From: an uncultured bacterium
Lineage (GTDB): Bacteria > Verrucomicrobiota > Verrucomicrobiia > Verrucomicrobiales > DEV007
Direction of reading: 5' to 3'
Length of the DNA stretch: 64,000 bases
NCBI GenBank assembly: GCA_963977015.1
Contig: CAXBMO010000026.1
Span: 1 to 64,000, forward strand
In this document: in pieces, positions 44,323-55,076 of the stretch
Numbering within the stretch: the stretch's first letter is position 1
Layout: each line of letters begins with the position of its first letter
Program-made: the position numbers and the translations under genes
The notes under the pieces: generated by a model
Database searches by the model: none
What the model was told of the DNA's origin: nothing
What the model saw: only the letters and a program-made list of their open reading frames with translations

Positions 44323-46047
44323 TTGAACACGATTGTCCGTATTTTCAGTTACTTGAAGCGCTATCCCGGGTTGGCGACGGCGCAGTTGTTTTGCGCCGTG
44401 GCGGCGACGGTGATGGTGGTGATTTTCCCAAAAATTATAGCGATTATCATCGATGACGTCATCGCGCAGGAGCAGCGGGAACTGCTTTGGCCGATGATCT
44501 GGCTCGCGGCCGGCTCGTTCCTCGTCCGTGAGGTTTTCGATTCACTGCGGATTCAGCTTAATAATACGTTTGAGCAGCGCATCATATTCGATCTGCGCAG
44601 CGACCTCTACGAGCACATCCAAAAGCTGCCGCTCCAGTGGTTCGACAACCATCCGACCGGCGACACGATGACCTGCGTGAGCGAGGATGTGCAAAGCATG
44701 GAGCGCGTCTTGATCGACGGGATTGAGCAGGGGCTGATTTCCATTCTGCAGATCGCGATCGTCGGAACGATGCTCTTTTTGACGAATGCGGCGCTGGCGT
44801 GGGCCACCTTGATTCCGCTGCCGTTCCTCATCGGAGGAGCCATCATTTACACCCGTGGCCGGAAGCGATACAGCATCGTTCGACGAGTTACGGGCGAGAT
44901 GAACAGCCTGTTGCACGACAACATTGCCGGGATTCGCCAGATCAAAGCCTACGCGCTCGAGGAAAGCGAACACCGCGCGTTCAACAAGGCGAGCGAAGCG
45001 GTGCGGCAGGCGACGCTCAAGGTGATGCGGGCCTGGGCAATCTACAAACCCGGAATGTCGTTCTTCAACTCGATTGGACGCGTCATCGTTCTGGGATTTG
45101 GCGCGTTTCTCGTTTTTGACGGGAAAATGGAGGTTGGCGAGTTGGCGGCGTTTCTCTATCTCGTCACCTTGTTCTTTTACGAGCCAATCACCCGGCTCCA
45201 TCAGCTCAATCAACTCGTGCAATCCGGACTGGCCGCGGCCGAGCGGGTCTTCGGTGTTCTCGATTCCGATCCCGAAGTGAGTCTGGAGTCCGGGGAAAAA
45301 ATCGAGAAGGTGACCGGTCACGTGGTTTACGACAATGTGGGGTTTTCCTACACCGGGCGGCAGTCGACCTTGACGGGCGTGAGCCTGGAAGCAAAGCCGG
45401 GGCAGACGATCGCGTTGGTCGGTTCCACCGGGGCCGGAAAGTCGACCGTCATCAACTTGCTGGCGCGGTTTTACGAGCCGGATGCGGGGTTGATCACCAT
45501 CGATGGAACGGACATTCGCAGCTTCAGCAAGCGCGCGCTGCGCTCGAAGATCGGCTACGTGACGCAGGAAAGTTTCCTCTTCAACGGCAGCGTCCGCGAC
45601 AACCTTCTCATCGCGAAACGCGAGGGAACCGAGGAGGAATTCTGGGAAGCGCTCCGGATCGCGAATGCGGCGGGATTTGTCGAGCGCCTTCCCGAGCAAC
45701 TCGAAACCAATGTCGGCGAGCGCGGGGTGAAGCTGAGCGTCGGCGAAAAGCAGCGCATCTCCATCGCGCGCGCCCTCTTGAAAAATCCCCCGATTCTCCT
45801 GCTCGACGAAGCCACGGCCAGCGTCGACACCGAAACGGAGCGGCTCATTCAGGAAGCGCTGGAGAAACTGATGGTCAATCGCACCAGTTTCGTCATCGCC
45901 CATCGCCTTTCCACGGTTCGCAATGCCGACTGCATCTACGTTCTCGATCACGGAAAGATCATCGAGCAAGGCACGCACGATGAACTCCTGGCGCAGGACG
46001 GCGAATACGCGAAGTTGAGCAAAACCGCGTTTTTGGAAGTCGAGTGA
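44323..46047 (+). CDS. ABC exporter (fused TMD-NBD, MsbA-like)
   Basis: TM domain; GSTGAGKST, LSVGEKQR, LLLDEAT, IAHRLST. Confidence 0.95.
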   Translation: MNTIVRIFSYLKRYPGLATAQLFCAVAATVMVVIFPKIIAIIIDDVIAQEQRELLWPMIWLAAGSFLVREVFDSLRIQLNNTFEQRIIFDLRSDLYEHIQKLPLQWFDNHPTGDTMTCVSEDVQSMERVLIDGIEQGLISILQIAIVGTMLFLTNAALAWATLIPLPFLIGGAIIYTRGRKRYSIVRRVTGEMNSLLHDNIAGIRQIKAYALEESEHRAFNKASEAVRQATLKVMRAWAIYKPGMSFFNSIGRVIVLGFGAFLVFDGKMEVGELAAFLYLVTLFFYEPITRLHQLNQLVQSGLAAAERVFGVLDSDPEVSLESGEKIEKVTGHVVYDNVGFSYTGRQSTLTGVSLEAKPGQTIALVGSTGAGKSTVINLLARFYEPDAGLITIDGTDIRSFSKRALRSKIGYVTQESFLFNGSVRDNLLIAKREGTEEEFWEALRIANAAGFVERLPEQLETNVGERGVKLSVGEKQRISIARALLKNPPILLLDEATASVDTETERLIQEALEKLMVNRTSFVIAHRLSTVRNADCIYVLDHGKIIEQGTHDELLAQDGEYAKLSKTAFLEVE

Positions 46048-46102
46048 CGCTTCGCTCGACTTTTTCGTCTTACTTGTGCGAAGGTTGTCCGTTGCGTTCC
46101 CA

Positions 46103-47179
46103 ATGAATCTGTTTTCCTCAGTATTGGCCCTTTTCAGTTGCTTCCTGGTGCTTGGAGCGAGCGCTGAACCGCGGACCTACTACCTCTCGGATTCTCAGTG
46201 GGCGCACCTCGCTGCGGGGGAGGTGAGGCTGCTCGAGCGGAAGAGCGAGGAGAGTGGCGGAAATCTCTTCGATCCGCTGTTTGCCGCCGGTTTCATGGGT
46301 TCGCGGCTGGTGGAGGGCGGGATTCCCGTGAGCAACGTCGAGTTTTCGTCTCCCTACGAGATGACGGTGGAGGCGACACCGGAGGCGCACGAGAAGCTGG
46401 CGGTCGTGCTCGAATTCCTGAACCAATCGGTCACCGCGATTTTGATCAAGACGACCGTGTTTGCGATTCCGCTCGAACTCCTGGCGGATGAGCGGCTCAA
46501 ATTCACAACCGGAGACTCGCCCTTCTCCAAGGTCGTGGTTTCCGGCGAGGAAGCCGCCGAATTGCGAAAAACCCTGCAGGAAATCGAGGGCGTCGATCTT
46601 CTTTCCGCACCGACGGTGACCGCGCGGAGTGCACAACGGGCCAAGGTGGAGGTGGTTCGTGAATTGGTGTTTCCGAGCGAATTTGACCCGCCTCAAATCG
46701 CGGATGAAGACGCCGAATCCGAGATTCCCGTGGTCCCGGCTCAGCCGCGCGCGTTTGAATCGCGGAACATCGGGCTGACCTGCAACTTCTCGCCCCGCCT
46801 GGAGCTGGATGGCTCCATCAACCTGGATATGGCGATGGATGATACGCGCTTCCTCGGGTTTGTGAACTACGGCAGCCCGATCTCCAAAGCCGCCAAAGGC
46901 AAAATTCTGAGGCGGCCCAAGGCGGTGGTGATGACCGAGAACCGGATGGAGATGCCGGTGTTCAATACGCGTCGCTTTGAGGGATCGGTCCGGCTTCCCA
47001 TCGGTGGCAACGTGATCGTCGGCGGAATGGCGCACGAGGAGGTCGTGGAGGTGACGGAAGGCCGGGAATTCCCGTTGATCGGCAAGAAGCGCAGTTGGAT
47101 GGACTCGACCAAAAGCGCGCTCTTTTTCCTCATCAACGTTTCCGTGGTTGATGCCGGGGGCAAGCCGGTCAAGCCTTAG
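46103..47179 (+). CDS. Secretin-like protein (N3 + secretin core only)
   Basis: Signal peptide; GVDLLSAPTVTARSAQRAKVEVVRE, FESRNIG, FLGFVNYGSPI, MPVFNTR, LFFLINVSVVDAGG. Confidence 0.7.
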   Translation: MNLFSSVLALFSCFLVLGASAEPRTYYLSDSQWAHLAAGEVRLLERKSEESGGNLFDPLFAAGFMGSRLVEGGIPVSNVEFSSPYEMTVEATPEAHEKLAVVLEFLNQSVTAILIKTTVFAIPLELLADERLKFTTGDSPFSKVVVSGEEAAELRKTLQEIEGVDLLSAPTVTARSAQRAKVEVVRELVFPSEFDPPQIADEDAESEIPVVPAQPRAFESRNIGLTCNFSPRLELDGSINLDMAMDDTRFLGFVNYGSPISKAAKGKILRRPKAVVMTENRMEMPVFNTRRFEGSVRLPIGGNVIVGGMAHEEVVEVTEGREFPLIGKKRSWMDSTKSALFFLINVSVVDAGGKPVKP

Positions 47180-47182
47180 CGA

Positions 47183-48082
47183 ATGAGCATCGCTTATCTG
47201 GGGAAGCACCCCGTGACGTTTGGCTTTCAGGCCGCGCAAAAACTGGGGAAAACCGGCAAGATGGTCGGCTGCGGTTCTCACGCGGAGGTTTATGAGGCCG
47301 TGGCCAATGGGGAAGCGGATTTGGGAATCCTCGCGCTCGAAAACCAGTTGGCCGGAATCGTCGATGAATCGACTCATGCGGTGATCGATCCGATTCTGAC
47401 CCAGTCCAAGCCCCTTTCCAAGAGTGACACCATCGTCCGGATCGCCCGGGAAGTCACGGTGCCGGTCGAGCTCTATCTCATGAACCAAAGCGGCAAAATC
47501 GAGGATATTCGGCAAATCCGGACGCATCCCGTGCCGATGCGTCAATCCCGCGGGCGCTTGGACGAATTGAGCCTCGGCGCCAGGTTCAGTCGCGAGACGT
47601 GTCTCAGCACGGATGCCGCGGCTGAGGCGGCGAGTGAAGATCCGGAAGTCGCGGCGATTGCCTCCAAACTCGCCCCGAGCGGCTACCCGAATCTCAAGGT
47701 GATTCAGCGGATCGACGATCCCATTCCGAACGCCAACTACGAGAACGTGACCCGCTTCTGGGTGATCGAGAAACACCCCGGCGGCACGATCCTCGATCCG
47801 GAACTGGTCAAGGCAACGGGGTTAACCCACAAGATTTGCCTGCTGTTTAATCTGGAGCGCGACGAGTCGGGCGGCTTGGCCCGGTCGCTGCAGGTCTTCG
47901 CCGAAAACGGAATCAACCTTGCGATGATCTTCTCCCTTCCGCGGCGGGACCGATCCTGGGAATACACCTTCGTGCTCGAGTTCGAGGTGGAGGCCGCCGA
48001 CATCGATCGCGCCGCTTCCGCGTTGGAGGCGTTGGGCGAGTTTGACGACTTCACCCTGCTTGGGATCTACCCAAAGGCGTAG
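47183..48082 (+). CDS. pheA: Prephenate dehydratase (with ACT domain)
   Basis: IAYLG, LALEN..AGIV, THP, STDAAA, NVTRFWVI, ACT GGLARSLQVFAENGINL, LGIYP. Confidence 0.8.
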   Translation: MSIAYLGKHPVTFGFQAAQKLGKTGKMVGCGSHAEVYEAVANGEADLGILALENQLAGIVDESTHAVIDPILTQSKPLSKSDTIVRIAREVTVPVELYLMNQSGKIEDIRQIRTHPVPMRQSRGRLDELSLGARFSRETCLSTDAAAEAASEDPEVAAIASKLAPSGYPNLKVIQRIDDPIPNANYENVTRFWVIEKHPGGTILDPELVKATGLTHKICLLFNLERDESGGLARSLQVFAENGINLAMIFSLPRRDRSWEYTFVLEFEVEAADIDRAASALEALGEFDDFTLLGIYPKA

Positions 48083-48084
48083 AG

Positions 48085-49524
48085 CTACAACGCTTTCAGC
48101 TCTCCCAGCATCTCCAGCAGGTTCTCGGTCAGCTTGACGGAGGAATCCGGAACAAAGCGCGAAGTCCCCAGCCACGTTTCATAGCCGCCGAGTTTGTGCT
48201 GATTGGGAGGTGGCAGATAACCGTAGCCGCCGTTGGCGAGTTCGATCATGAAGGTGTGGGGGAAAGGGCTCTTCTCCTTGATCTCGAGCCCTATCTCGAC
48301 CAGCACCTCAAACGGAAGCGAGACGATGGCCTGGTCGCCGATGCGGATGGCTTGGACGATCACGCTCTCGGTGCGGTCGGGTTCATCGTGACGCAGGGTG
48401 GCGTTGGCGTAACCCTCGGCCTTGTGGTGCAGCCCCTCGCGCTCCTTGCGTGACAGGCCCAGGAGTTTCCTTGCATACTCGACCTGCTCTTCGGTGGCCG
48501 TGCGATAGTCGAGCACCACCTCACGTTGCCGCATCGCGACCACCGGGTTTTCGTCGTAAGTCTCGATTTTTTTGACCGCTCGCCAGGCTGCGTCGGCGGC
48601 CTTGTTCGCGACCACGCGCACCTGTTCAAATGGCGAACGAGGGGCGCGGGTGCGATCGAAGTCAATATTGTTGATGTCGCCGCTCGATCCGTTCGTCATC
48701 ATCGCGACGAAGTTCTCGGGTGGTCGCGACCCGCCCACGCGATACGGCATGATGCGGGCAAACTCCCCAAAATAGTCAGCCGAAGCCATCCCGTATTCCT
48801 TTCCGTCGTCCGCGTAAACCTTCGGGATTCCGCCGACGTAGTGCAGCGCGTAATTGGCGATGAGGCCGAGCGCTTTGCCGCGACTGGTGCGCACATCCAC
48901 GACACAGATTTCCGGATCCGTTGGCCCCGCGGGCTTCACGATTTTGTCGCGCGGCGGATTCATGCGGACCGCGTCCAGCTTCCCAAACGGGTTGGGATCC
49001 ATCGCCCCCGGTTCAAGATACCAGCGGCGATTGTAAACCTCGGAAGGTTCTTCATCCGAGGCAAAACCGACCTTGGCAGGCTCCAGCGATTCAATCGCCG
49101 CGATCATCGCCTTGACCAGTCCGGTGCTGCGACGCTCCTCATAGGCAATGCGGCCGGGAGAGGTGTCGCCGCCTTTGGGCGTGGAATGCGAGTGGGTTCC
49201 GGAGACGAGCATCTGCTCCGGCTTCCAGCCCGTTTTTTTGGCGACTTCCAGCTTGGCCGCGTCGGTCATCTCCCGCCCGACTCCAATGGCATCCATCAAC
49301 GCGATCAATGCGCGCCCTTCCCCGTTTTCAAACGCGACCGCCCGCACATGGAGCGGGTCATGAACGTACTCCGAAGGGCCGGAGCGCAATTGAAAGGGCG
49401 TGACGGTTGGTGAAATATCGACTGCGGCAGTGCCGGCTCGAAAACCAGTGGATTCCTGGGCAAACGTGGACGCAACACATCCAAGTCCGGCCCAAAGCCA
49501 GACCAACAAGAGGGGGTTTTTCAT
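48085..49524 (-). CDS. Neutral/alkaline ceramidase-like secreted protein
   Basis: AGTAAVDISP, HDPLHVRA, GTHSHS, SADYFG, NGSSGD, LPFEV, ELANG..GYLP, GGYE. Confidence 0.75.
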   Translation of the reverse strand: MKNPLLLVWLWAGLGCVASTFAQESTGFRAGTAAVDISPTVTPFQLRSGPSEYVHDPLHVRAVAFENGEGRALIALMDAIGVGREMTDAAKLEVAKKTGWKPEQMLVSGTHSHSTPKGGDTSPGRIAYEERRSTGLVKAMIAAIESLEPAKVGFASDEEPSEVYNRRWYLEPGAMDPNPFGKLDAVRMNPPRDKIVKPAGPTDPEICVVDVRTSRGKALGLIANYALHYVGGIPKVYADDGKEYGMASADYFGEFARIMPYRVGGSRPPENFVAMMTNGSSGDINNIDFDRTRAPRSPFEQVRVVANKAADAAWRAVKKIETYDENPVVAMRQREVVLDYRTATEEQVEYARKLLGLSRKEREGLHHKAEGYANATLRHDEPDRTESVIVQAIRIGDQAIVSLPFEVLVEIGLEIKEKSPFPHTFMIELANGGYGYLPPPNQHKLGGYETWLGTSRFVPDSSVKLTENLLEMLGELKAL

Positions 49525-49727
49525 AGAGGGTTTTGATCGGGGTTTCGCAACACCTCTCATCACGCAAGCGGGACGATGCAGTTTTCCGTTAAGAGAAAAA
49601 ATCTCCAAATCAAAACCATTCTACGAAACAAGCCCTCAGCCCTGACGGCTTTCCATGGCGGAAAAGACGTAGGGTGGGGCTTTGGCCGTCGACAAGGCGA
49701 CCGGTCGGTAGAATAGTCTGCGCTTCG

Positions 49728-50975
49728 TTAGAATTTGAAGCCGACCCATGCTCCAACGACGAAGGCGTCGTCGATGTCGCCCGTGCCACCGGGGTTCTGG
49801 ATATATTGAACCGAAGGTTGGACGTAGAAGAAGTCGGTGAACTGAAGGCGGTGGCCCAGCTCGTAGACCAGTTCGTGGGAGAGGTTTTCGCCGATGGAGT
49901 CGCCAAAGTCGTCGCTCAGTTGGCCGTAGGTGGCGAAGAAGAAGGTGGTGTCGTCATCACGACCGGGAAAGAGCCCCTGGTAGTTGAGACCGGTGCTGAC
50001 CTGCATCGGCGTCTTGGCGACCTCGTGTTGGTCGGAGTAGGAGATCATCCCGAAGGCTTTGAGGCCGTCGGCGACTTCCATTTCCCCGTGCAGGTAAGCG
50101 CGGAAGAGAAAGTCGGTGGTGGACTCTCCGTCGAAGTTGTCAAAATCGCGGAAGGAATTGATGGCACCGAGCATGAAGCGGGCGTCGCGTCCGTTGATTT
50201 GTGGAGTCCAGTCATACTGGGCGATGACGGAGACGCCGTCATCATCACCGAAACTGAAGTCAAGGCCGTTGGCGGTGAAGTCCCATTGGTCGGGACCCGT
50301 TTGGTAGGCGCCGAGCTGGAACTGGTGCTCGTCAGTGGCGTTGTATTTCAGGCGGCCGCCCCAGACCGGATAAGGGAAGGACGTGATGGAGTTCTCCAGG
50401 AGTGTGGCGCGAATGGGGCCGTTGATGGCGGTGCTGAGAGAGTAGCCGTAAAGGGGTGATTTCGCGAAGTCGGTGTCGGCGGAGACGCGTCCGAATTTAA
50501 GGGACCATTGGTCGTTGAACTGGGTTTCCAGAAAGAACTGATAGAGGTAGCTGACTTGTCCACCGAAGATCGTCATTGGGTCGTAGATGCCGCCGACCGA
50601 AGGGCTGATGCTGTCACCATGACGGTGAACGTAGGACATTTTCATCATGGTGCCTTGGATGCCGAAGAGCTTCTCAAGGTCGAGATCGAAGCCGCCGTAG
50701 ACTTGCCCGGCAAATTCTTGGTCGGCTCGAATGCCGCCACTGACATTGGCGCCAAAGATGGTGTCATAATAGAGGAACGGCGTGATGCCATTATCAATCA
50801 GTTGAGGGCGTAGTCCGCCCCAATCTCCGGTGAGGTAGGCGCCGGAATCGAAGTCGGTGAGGTCGTCGGTAATTACGTTTTTCGCCAATGGGTCGCTGAT
50901 TGGAGGGGCGTCTTGGCTGTGGGCCGGGAATATACCGGTGGCGAGGATGATTATTGCTATTGTTGAGGGTTTCAT
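49728..50975 (-). CDS. OprB carbohydrate-selective porin
   Basis: YLTGDWGGLR, GLFPGRDDD, VQPSVQYIQNPGG, C-terminal Phe. Confidence 0.9.
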   Translation of the reverse strand: MKPSTIAIIILATGIFPAHSQDAPPISDPLAKNVITDDLTDFDSGAYLTGDWGGLRPQLIDNGITPFLYYDTIFGANVSGGIRADQEFAGQVYGGFDLDLEKLFGIQGTMMKMSYVHRHGDSISPSVGGIYDPMTIFGGQVSYLYQFFLETQFNDQWSLKFGRVSADTDFAKSPLYGYSLSTAINGPIRATLLENSITSFPYPVWGGRLKYNATDEHQFQLGAYQTGPDQWDFTANGLDFSFGDDDGVSVIAQYDWTPQINGRDARFMLGAINSFRDFDNFDGESTTDFLFRAYLHGEMEVADGLKAFGMISYSDQHEVAKTPMQVSTGLNYQGLFPGRDDDTTFFFATYGQLSDDFGDSIGENLSHELVYELGHRLQFTDFFYVQPSVQYIQNPGGTGDIDDAFVVGAWVGFKF

Positions 50976-51087
50976 TGTTCTATAGAGGAGGTTGTTGTAA
51001 CGAACTGTGGGGAGTTTGTACATAGGATGGAGGGTCGCAATTTGCGACGCAGGGTTAGGGGGGGCGGTCACGAAGGTGGCGTGACGC

Positions 51088-52584
51088 CTATACGCGACCG
51101 AAGAGCAGGGATTGCATCAAACGTGCAATGTCGGGATTGTTGTACAGGTCCTCGACCATTGGTACATATTGGCGAGTGAACGCTTCGCGTTCCGCCAAGT
51201 CGCCGAAGACCGATTGGACGGCGGGGAAGGCGGTCTTGTGATGAGGTGTTTCTGCTGCGGCGGCATGGAGTTCGGCTTTCAGGTCGTCGACGATGTCGAG
51301 CTTGACTCCAAGCCGGTCGGTTCCTTTGTCAGAGGAGTAACACCACGCGGCAATGGCGAGCGTGGCAAATTCCACGCTGCCGCCGCGATCGAGATTTTCA
51401 ACGATGGTGGGGAGCAGGAACTTGGGTATTTTGGATGAACTTTGCAGACAGATTCGGGCGAGGTCGTCCTTGATGTAGGGATTTCCAAAACGCGCGATCA
51501 GGGAATCCTTGTAGTCGTCAAGATTGATCCCGTTCACCGGTTCAAGGATGGGCGTGACCTCAACGTCCATGAAGCGGCGGAGATAGGTCGAGAACAGGGG
51601 GTCGGCCATGCAACTGTCGATGGTCGGATGCCCGTGGATGGAACCGAGAAGACCGAGCACCGAGTGACCGGCGTTGAGGAGCCGGATCTTCATCGTCTCG
51701 TAGGGAGTGACGTCGTCGACGAACTGGGCGCCGACGGTTTCCCATGATGGCCGGGAATCGGAGAAGTTGTCCTCGATCACCCATTGGCAGAAGGGTTCGC
51801 AGGTGACCGGCCATTCGTCTCGAAGCCCGGTTTGCTCCTCGAGGGTTTTGATGTCGCCGGGAGTGGTGACCGGGGTGATGCGGTCGACCATGGCATTGGG
51901 GAAGGCGACGTTTTCCGTGATCCATTCGGCAAGATCTGGATCCTGTGCGGAAGCGAAGGCGAGGAGCATTTTTCGGGTAACGTCACCGTTGTGCTGAATA
52001 TTGTCGCACGACTGAATGGTGAAGGCGGGGAGCCCTGACGCCCGGCGTTTGCGGAGTGCCTCGGTGAGGAAGCCGAAGGTGGTTTTCGGCGATTCCGGCG
52101 ACGCGATGTCGTGTTGGATCTCAGGTTTGTCGATGATGAACTCGCCGGTGCCCGGGTCGAAGTTGTAGCCACCTTCGGTAATGGTGAGGGAGACGATTTT
52201 GGTCGTCTCAGCCGCCATGCGGTCCGTGACCGCAGCGGGGTCTTTGTCACCAAGCATGAAGTCGACGAGGGAGCCAATGACCCGGTTTTCGCATTCGCCG
52301 TTGGGATGCTTGACGATGAGGGTGTAAAGATAGTCCTGGCGTTTCAGAACGTCGGCAATCTTGTGGTCCGCCTCGCGGATGCCGACGCCGCAGATGCCCC
52401 AGTCGGTGGATCCGGATTGCTCCAGAAGGCGGTCGGTATAGTAGGCTTCATGGGAGCGGTGGAACCCGCCGACGCCGATGTGAATGATACCGGGAGTGAC
52501 TGCGGAGCGGTCGTATTCCGGACGTGCCACCGAGGCGGGAAGCCGACTGAGATTTCTTTGATTGAGAGAGAGGTGGTCGCTCAT
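51088..52584 (-). CDS. Mannitol dehydrogenase family (mannitol 2-dehydrogenase-like)
   Basis: IIHIGVGGFHRSH, SLTITEGGY, SCDNIQHNG, FPNAMVDRITP, EPFCQWVIED, KIRLLNAGH. Confidence 0.92.
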   Translation of the reverse strand: MSDHLSLNQRNLSRLPASVARPEYDRSAVTPGIIHIGVGGFHRSHEAYYTDRLLEQSGSTDWGICGVGIREADHKIADVLKRQDYLYTLIVKHPNGECENRVIGSLVDFMLGDKDPAAVTDRMAAETTKIVSLTITEGGYNFDPGTGEFIIDKPEIQHDIASPESPKTTFGFLTEALRKRRASGLPAFTIQSCDNIQHNGDVTRKMLLAFASAQDPDLAEWITENVAFPNAMVDRITPVTTPGDIKTLEEQTGLRDEWPVTCEPFCQWVIEDNFSDSRPSWETVGAQFVDDVTPYETMKIRLLNAGHSVLGLLGSIHGHPTIDSCMADPLFSTYLRRFMDVEVTPILEPVNGINLDDYKDSLIARFGNPYIKDDLARICLQSSSKIPKFLLPTIVENLDRGGSVEFATLAIAAWCYSSDKGTDRLGVKLDIVDDLKAELHAAAAETPHHKTAFPAVQSVFGDLAEREAFTRQYVPMVEDLYNNPDIARLMQSLLFGRV

Positions 52585-53552
52585 ACTGTCTTGCGGTTTT
52601 GGAGGCAATCAAGGGCGACTGCGATCATGAGGACGGAACCTTTGATCACCATCTGGACAAACTGGCTGACGTCCATGAGGACGAGTCCGTTGCTGAGCAC
52701 CCCGAGAATGAGAACGCCGGCGAGGACGTTGGAGATCTTCCCAACGCCGCCCGTGACGCTGACTCCGCCGAGCACGCAGGCGGTAAGGACATCAAACTCG
52801 AAGCCTTTTCCGGAGAGAACCTGGCCGGAATTGGTTCGCGAAAGGATGACGATCCCCGCGACTCCGGCGAAAAATCCGGAGAGGGTGTAGACGAGATACT
52901 TTACGCGCTTCACATCGATGCCGGAAAGTTTGGCGGCTTCCTCATTGCCACCCACGGCGTAGAAGTAGCGGCCGAAGAAGGTCTTGCCGAGGATGAAACT
53001 CCCGAGCGCCATGATGACAGCCATGATGATCACCGGGATGGGAATGGGGCCGACATATCCCTGACCGATGACGGCGAAGGATTTCGGGAATCCGTAAATC
53101 GGCAGGCCGTCGCAGATGAGGTAGGCAACCCCTTCGATGATGATCAGCATGGCGAGGGTGACGATGATCGGAGGCATCTTGAGGTTGGCGATAATCCAGC
53201 CGTTGGAAAAGCCGATTCCTGCGGAGAGAAGCAGGGCTGCGGAGACGGCCAGGACCGGGCTCCAATTGGCATTCACCATGAGTGAGGCTGCAAAAATGTT
53301 AACCAGCGTAATGAGTGATCCGACGGAGAGGTCGATGCCGCCGAGGAGGAGGACGAAGGCAAAGCCGACGGCGGTGATGCCCAACATGGACACCTGGCGT
53401 GCGACGTTGAGCAGGTTGTTGCCGACAAGGAAGTTCTCTGAAGCGATCGAAAAGAAGATGATAAGGATGAGGAGGACGATGTAGATGCCGTATTGTTTGG
53501 CAAAGGCGAGTCCGGCGTTCCCGGCGAGGTTTAAGTTGGAAGTTAGTTTCAT
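52581..53552 (-). CDS. Sugar ABC transporter permease (RbsC-like)
   Basis: GGIDLSVGS, FGRYFYAVGGNEEAAKLSGI, ACVLGGVS. Confidence 0.93.
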   Translation of the reverse strand: MKLTSNLNLAGNAGLAFAKQYGIYIVLLILIIFFSIASENFLVGNNLLNVARQVSMLGITAVGFAFVLLLGGIDLSVGSLITLVNIFAASLMVNANWSPVLAVSAALLLSAGIGFSNGWIIANLKMPPIIVTLAMLIIIEGVAYLICDGLPIYGFPKSFAVIGQGYVGPIPIPVIIMAVIMALGSFILGKTFFGRYFYAVGGNEEAAKLSGIDVKRVKYLVYTLSGFFAGVAGIVILSRTNSGQVLSGKGFEFDVLTACVLGGVSVTGGVGKISNVLAGVLILGVLSNGLVLMDVSQFVQMVIKGSVLMIAVALDCLQNRKTV

Positions 53553-53578
53553 TGCGAGTTTTTTTGGGAGACTGGGGT

Positions 53579-55054
53579 TTAGTTTTGCGATGCGAAGCTC
53601 ATGATCGCTTCCTGGGAGAAATCTTTGCGGGCGAGCTCGCCGGTGACTTTGCCCTCGTGGAGGACGATGACGCGATCGGACATGCCGATGACTTCTTCCA
53701 TTTCCGAGGAGATCATGAGGACGGCCTTGCCGGATGCGACGAGTTCATTGACCAGCGCGTAGATTTCCGATTTCGCGCCGACGTCGATGCCTCGGGTGGG
53801 CTCGTCGAAGATCACGAGAGTCGGGTGGGTGGCGAGCCACTTGGCAATGATGACTTTCTGCTGGTTGCCGCCGCTGAGATTCTTGATCTTCTGTTCAAGG
53901 TTCGGCGTTTTGATCCGGATTGCGTCTCGGTAGTGTTCGGCGATTTTTCGCTCTTCCTTGTTGTCGACGGTGAAGAACTTGGAGATGCGCTCAAGCACGG
54001 AGATCGTGGTGTTGTCCTTGATGGAACGTTCCAACAGGGCGCCAAGTTTCTTGCGGTCTTCAGGGACGAGGGCAATGCCCTTGGCGATCGCTTCCTTGGG
54101 AAGCCGCGGGTTGATCAGTTTCCCCTCAAGGGTGATCTCGCCCGAGGTTCTTGGTTTGTAGCCGAAGAGAATCTCCGCGAGTTCCGTGCGGCCCGACCCG
54201 ATGAGACCAGCCAGACCGAGCACTTCTCCGCGCTTGATGTCGAGACTCACGTTTTTGACGATCTGCCCGGAAACGTTCTCCAGCCTGAGCAACACCTCGG
54301 TGGAGATTTCGTGGCTGCGGGTGGGATAGGTTTCGGTGAGTTCCCTGCCGACCATCAATTTGACGAGCTTATCAAGGTCGGTATCGGCCGTGTTTACGGT
54401 TTCGATCTTCTGACCATCCCGAAGCACGGTAATGCGGTCGGAGAGTCGGAAGATCTCATCCATGCGGTGGGAGATGTAGACGATGGTGACGCCGGCGGCC
54501 TTGAGCTTTTCGACCACGGCGTAGAGCGCCTGCGCCTCGGTTTGGGTGAGGGGGGCAGACGGCTCATCCATGATGAGCAGCTTGGCGTTCTGGGAGATGG
54601 CTTTCGCGATCTCGACCAGTTGCTGGTAGCCGACGGTCAGGCGACCGACCAGCGCGGAGGGATCGATGTCGATCTCGAGTTGCTTGAAGATTTTTGCCGC
54701 CTCGTGCTCCATCGCCTTGCGATCAATGACGATGCCTTTGCGGATGGCTCGACCGAGAAAGATGTTCTCCGCGACCGAGAGTTCGTCGACAAGGTTGAAC
54801 TCCTGATAGATCACGCCGATCCCCTTCTGTTCCGACAACTTCGGGTTGAGAGAGGTGAACTCTTCTCCCTGGATGATGATCTTCCCTTCGTCAGGGGTGA
54901 TCGCACCGGTGCAGGTCTTAATGAGGGTGGATTTTCCCGCGCCGTTTTCGCCGACGAGGGCATGAACTTCGCCCTCGAGAACGTCGAGGCTGACGTTGTT
55001 CAACGCCACGACGCCGGGGTAGGTTTTGGTGATGTTTTGAAGTTGAAGGAACAT
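53579..55054 (-). CDS. Sugar ABC transporter ATP-binding protein (RbsA-like, two NBDs)
   Basis: GENGAGKST, MDEPSA, LSGGNQQK, DEPTRGIDVGAK. Confidence 0.95.
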   Translation of the reverse strand: MFLQLQNITKTYPGVVALNNVSLDVLEGEVHALVGENGAGKSTLIKTCTGAITPDEGKIIIQGEEFTSLNPKLSEQKGIGVIYQEFNLVDELSVAENIFLGRAIRKGIVIDRKAMEHEAAKIFKQLEIDIDPSALVGRLTVGYQQLVEIAKAISQNAKLLIMDEPSAPLTQTEAQALYAVVEKLKAAGVTIVYISHRMDEIFRLSDRITVLRDGQKIETVNTADTDLDKLVKLMVGRELTETYPTRSHEISTEVLLRLENVSGQIVKNVSLDIKRGEVLGLAGLIGSGRTELAEILFGYKPRTSGEITLEGKLINPRLPKEAIAKGIALVPEDRKKLGALLERSIKDNTTISVLERISKFFTVDNKEERKIAEHYRDAIRIKTPNLEQKIKNLSGGNQQKVIIAKWLATHPTLVIFDEPTRGIDVGAKSEIYALVNELVASGKAVLMISSEMEEVIGMSDRVIVLHEGKVTGELARKDFSQEAIMSFASQN

Positions 55055-55076
55055 GGGGATGGGGCTTTCGAGGAGG

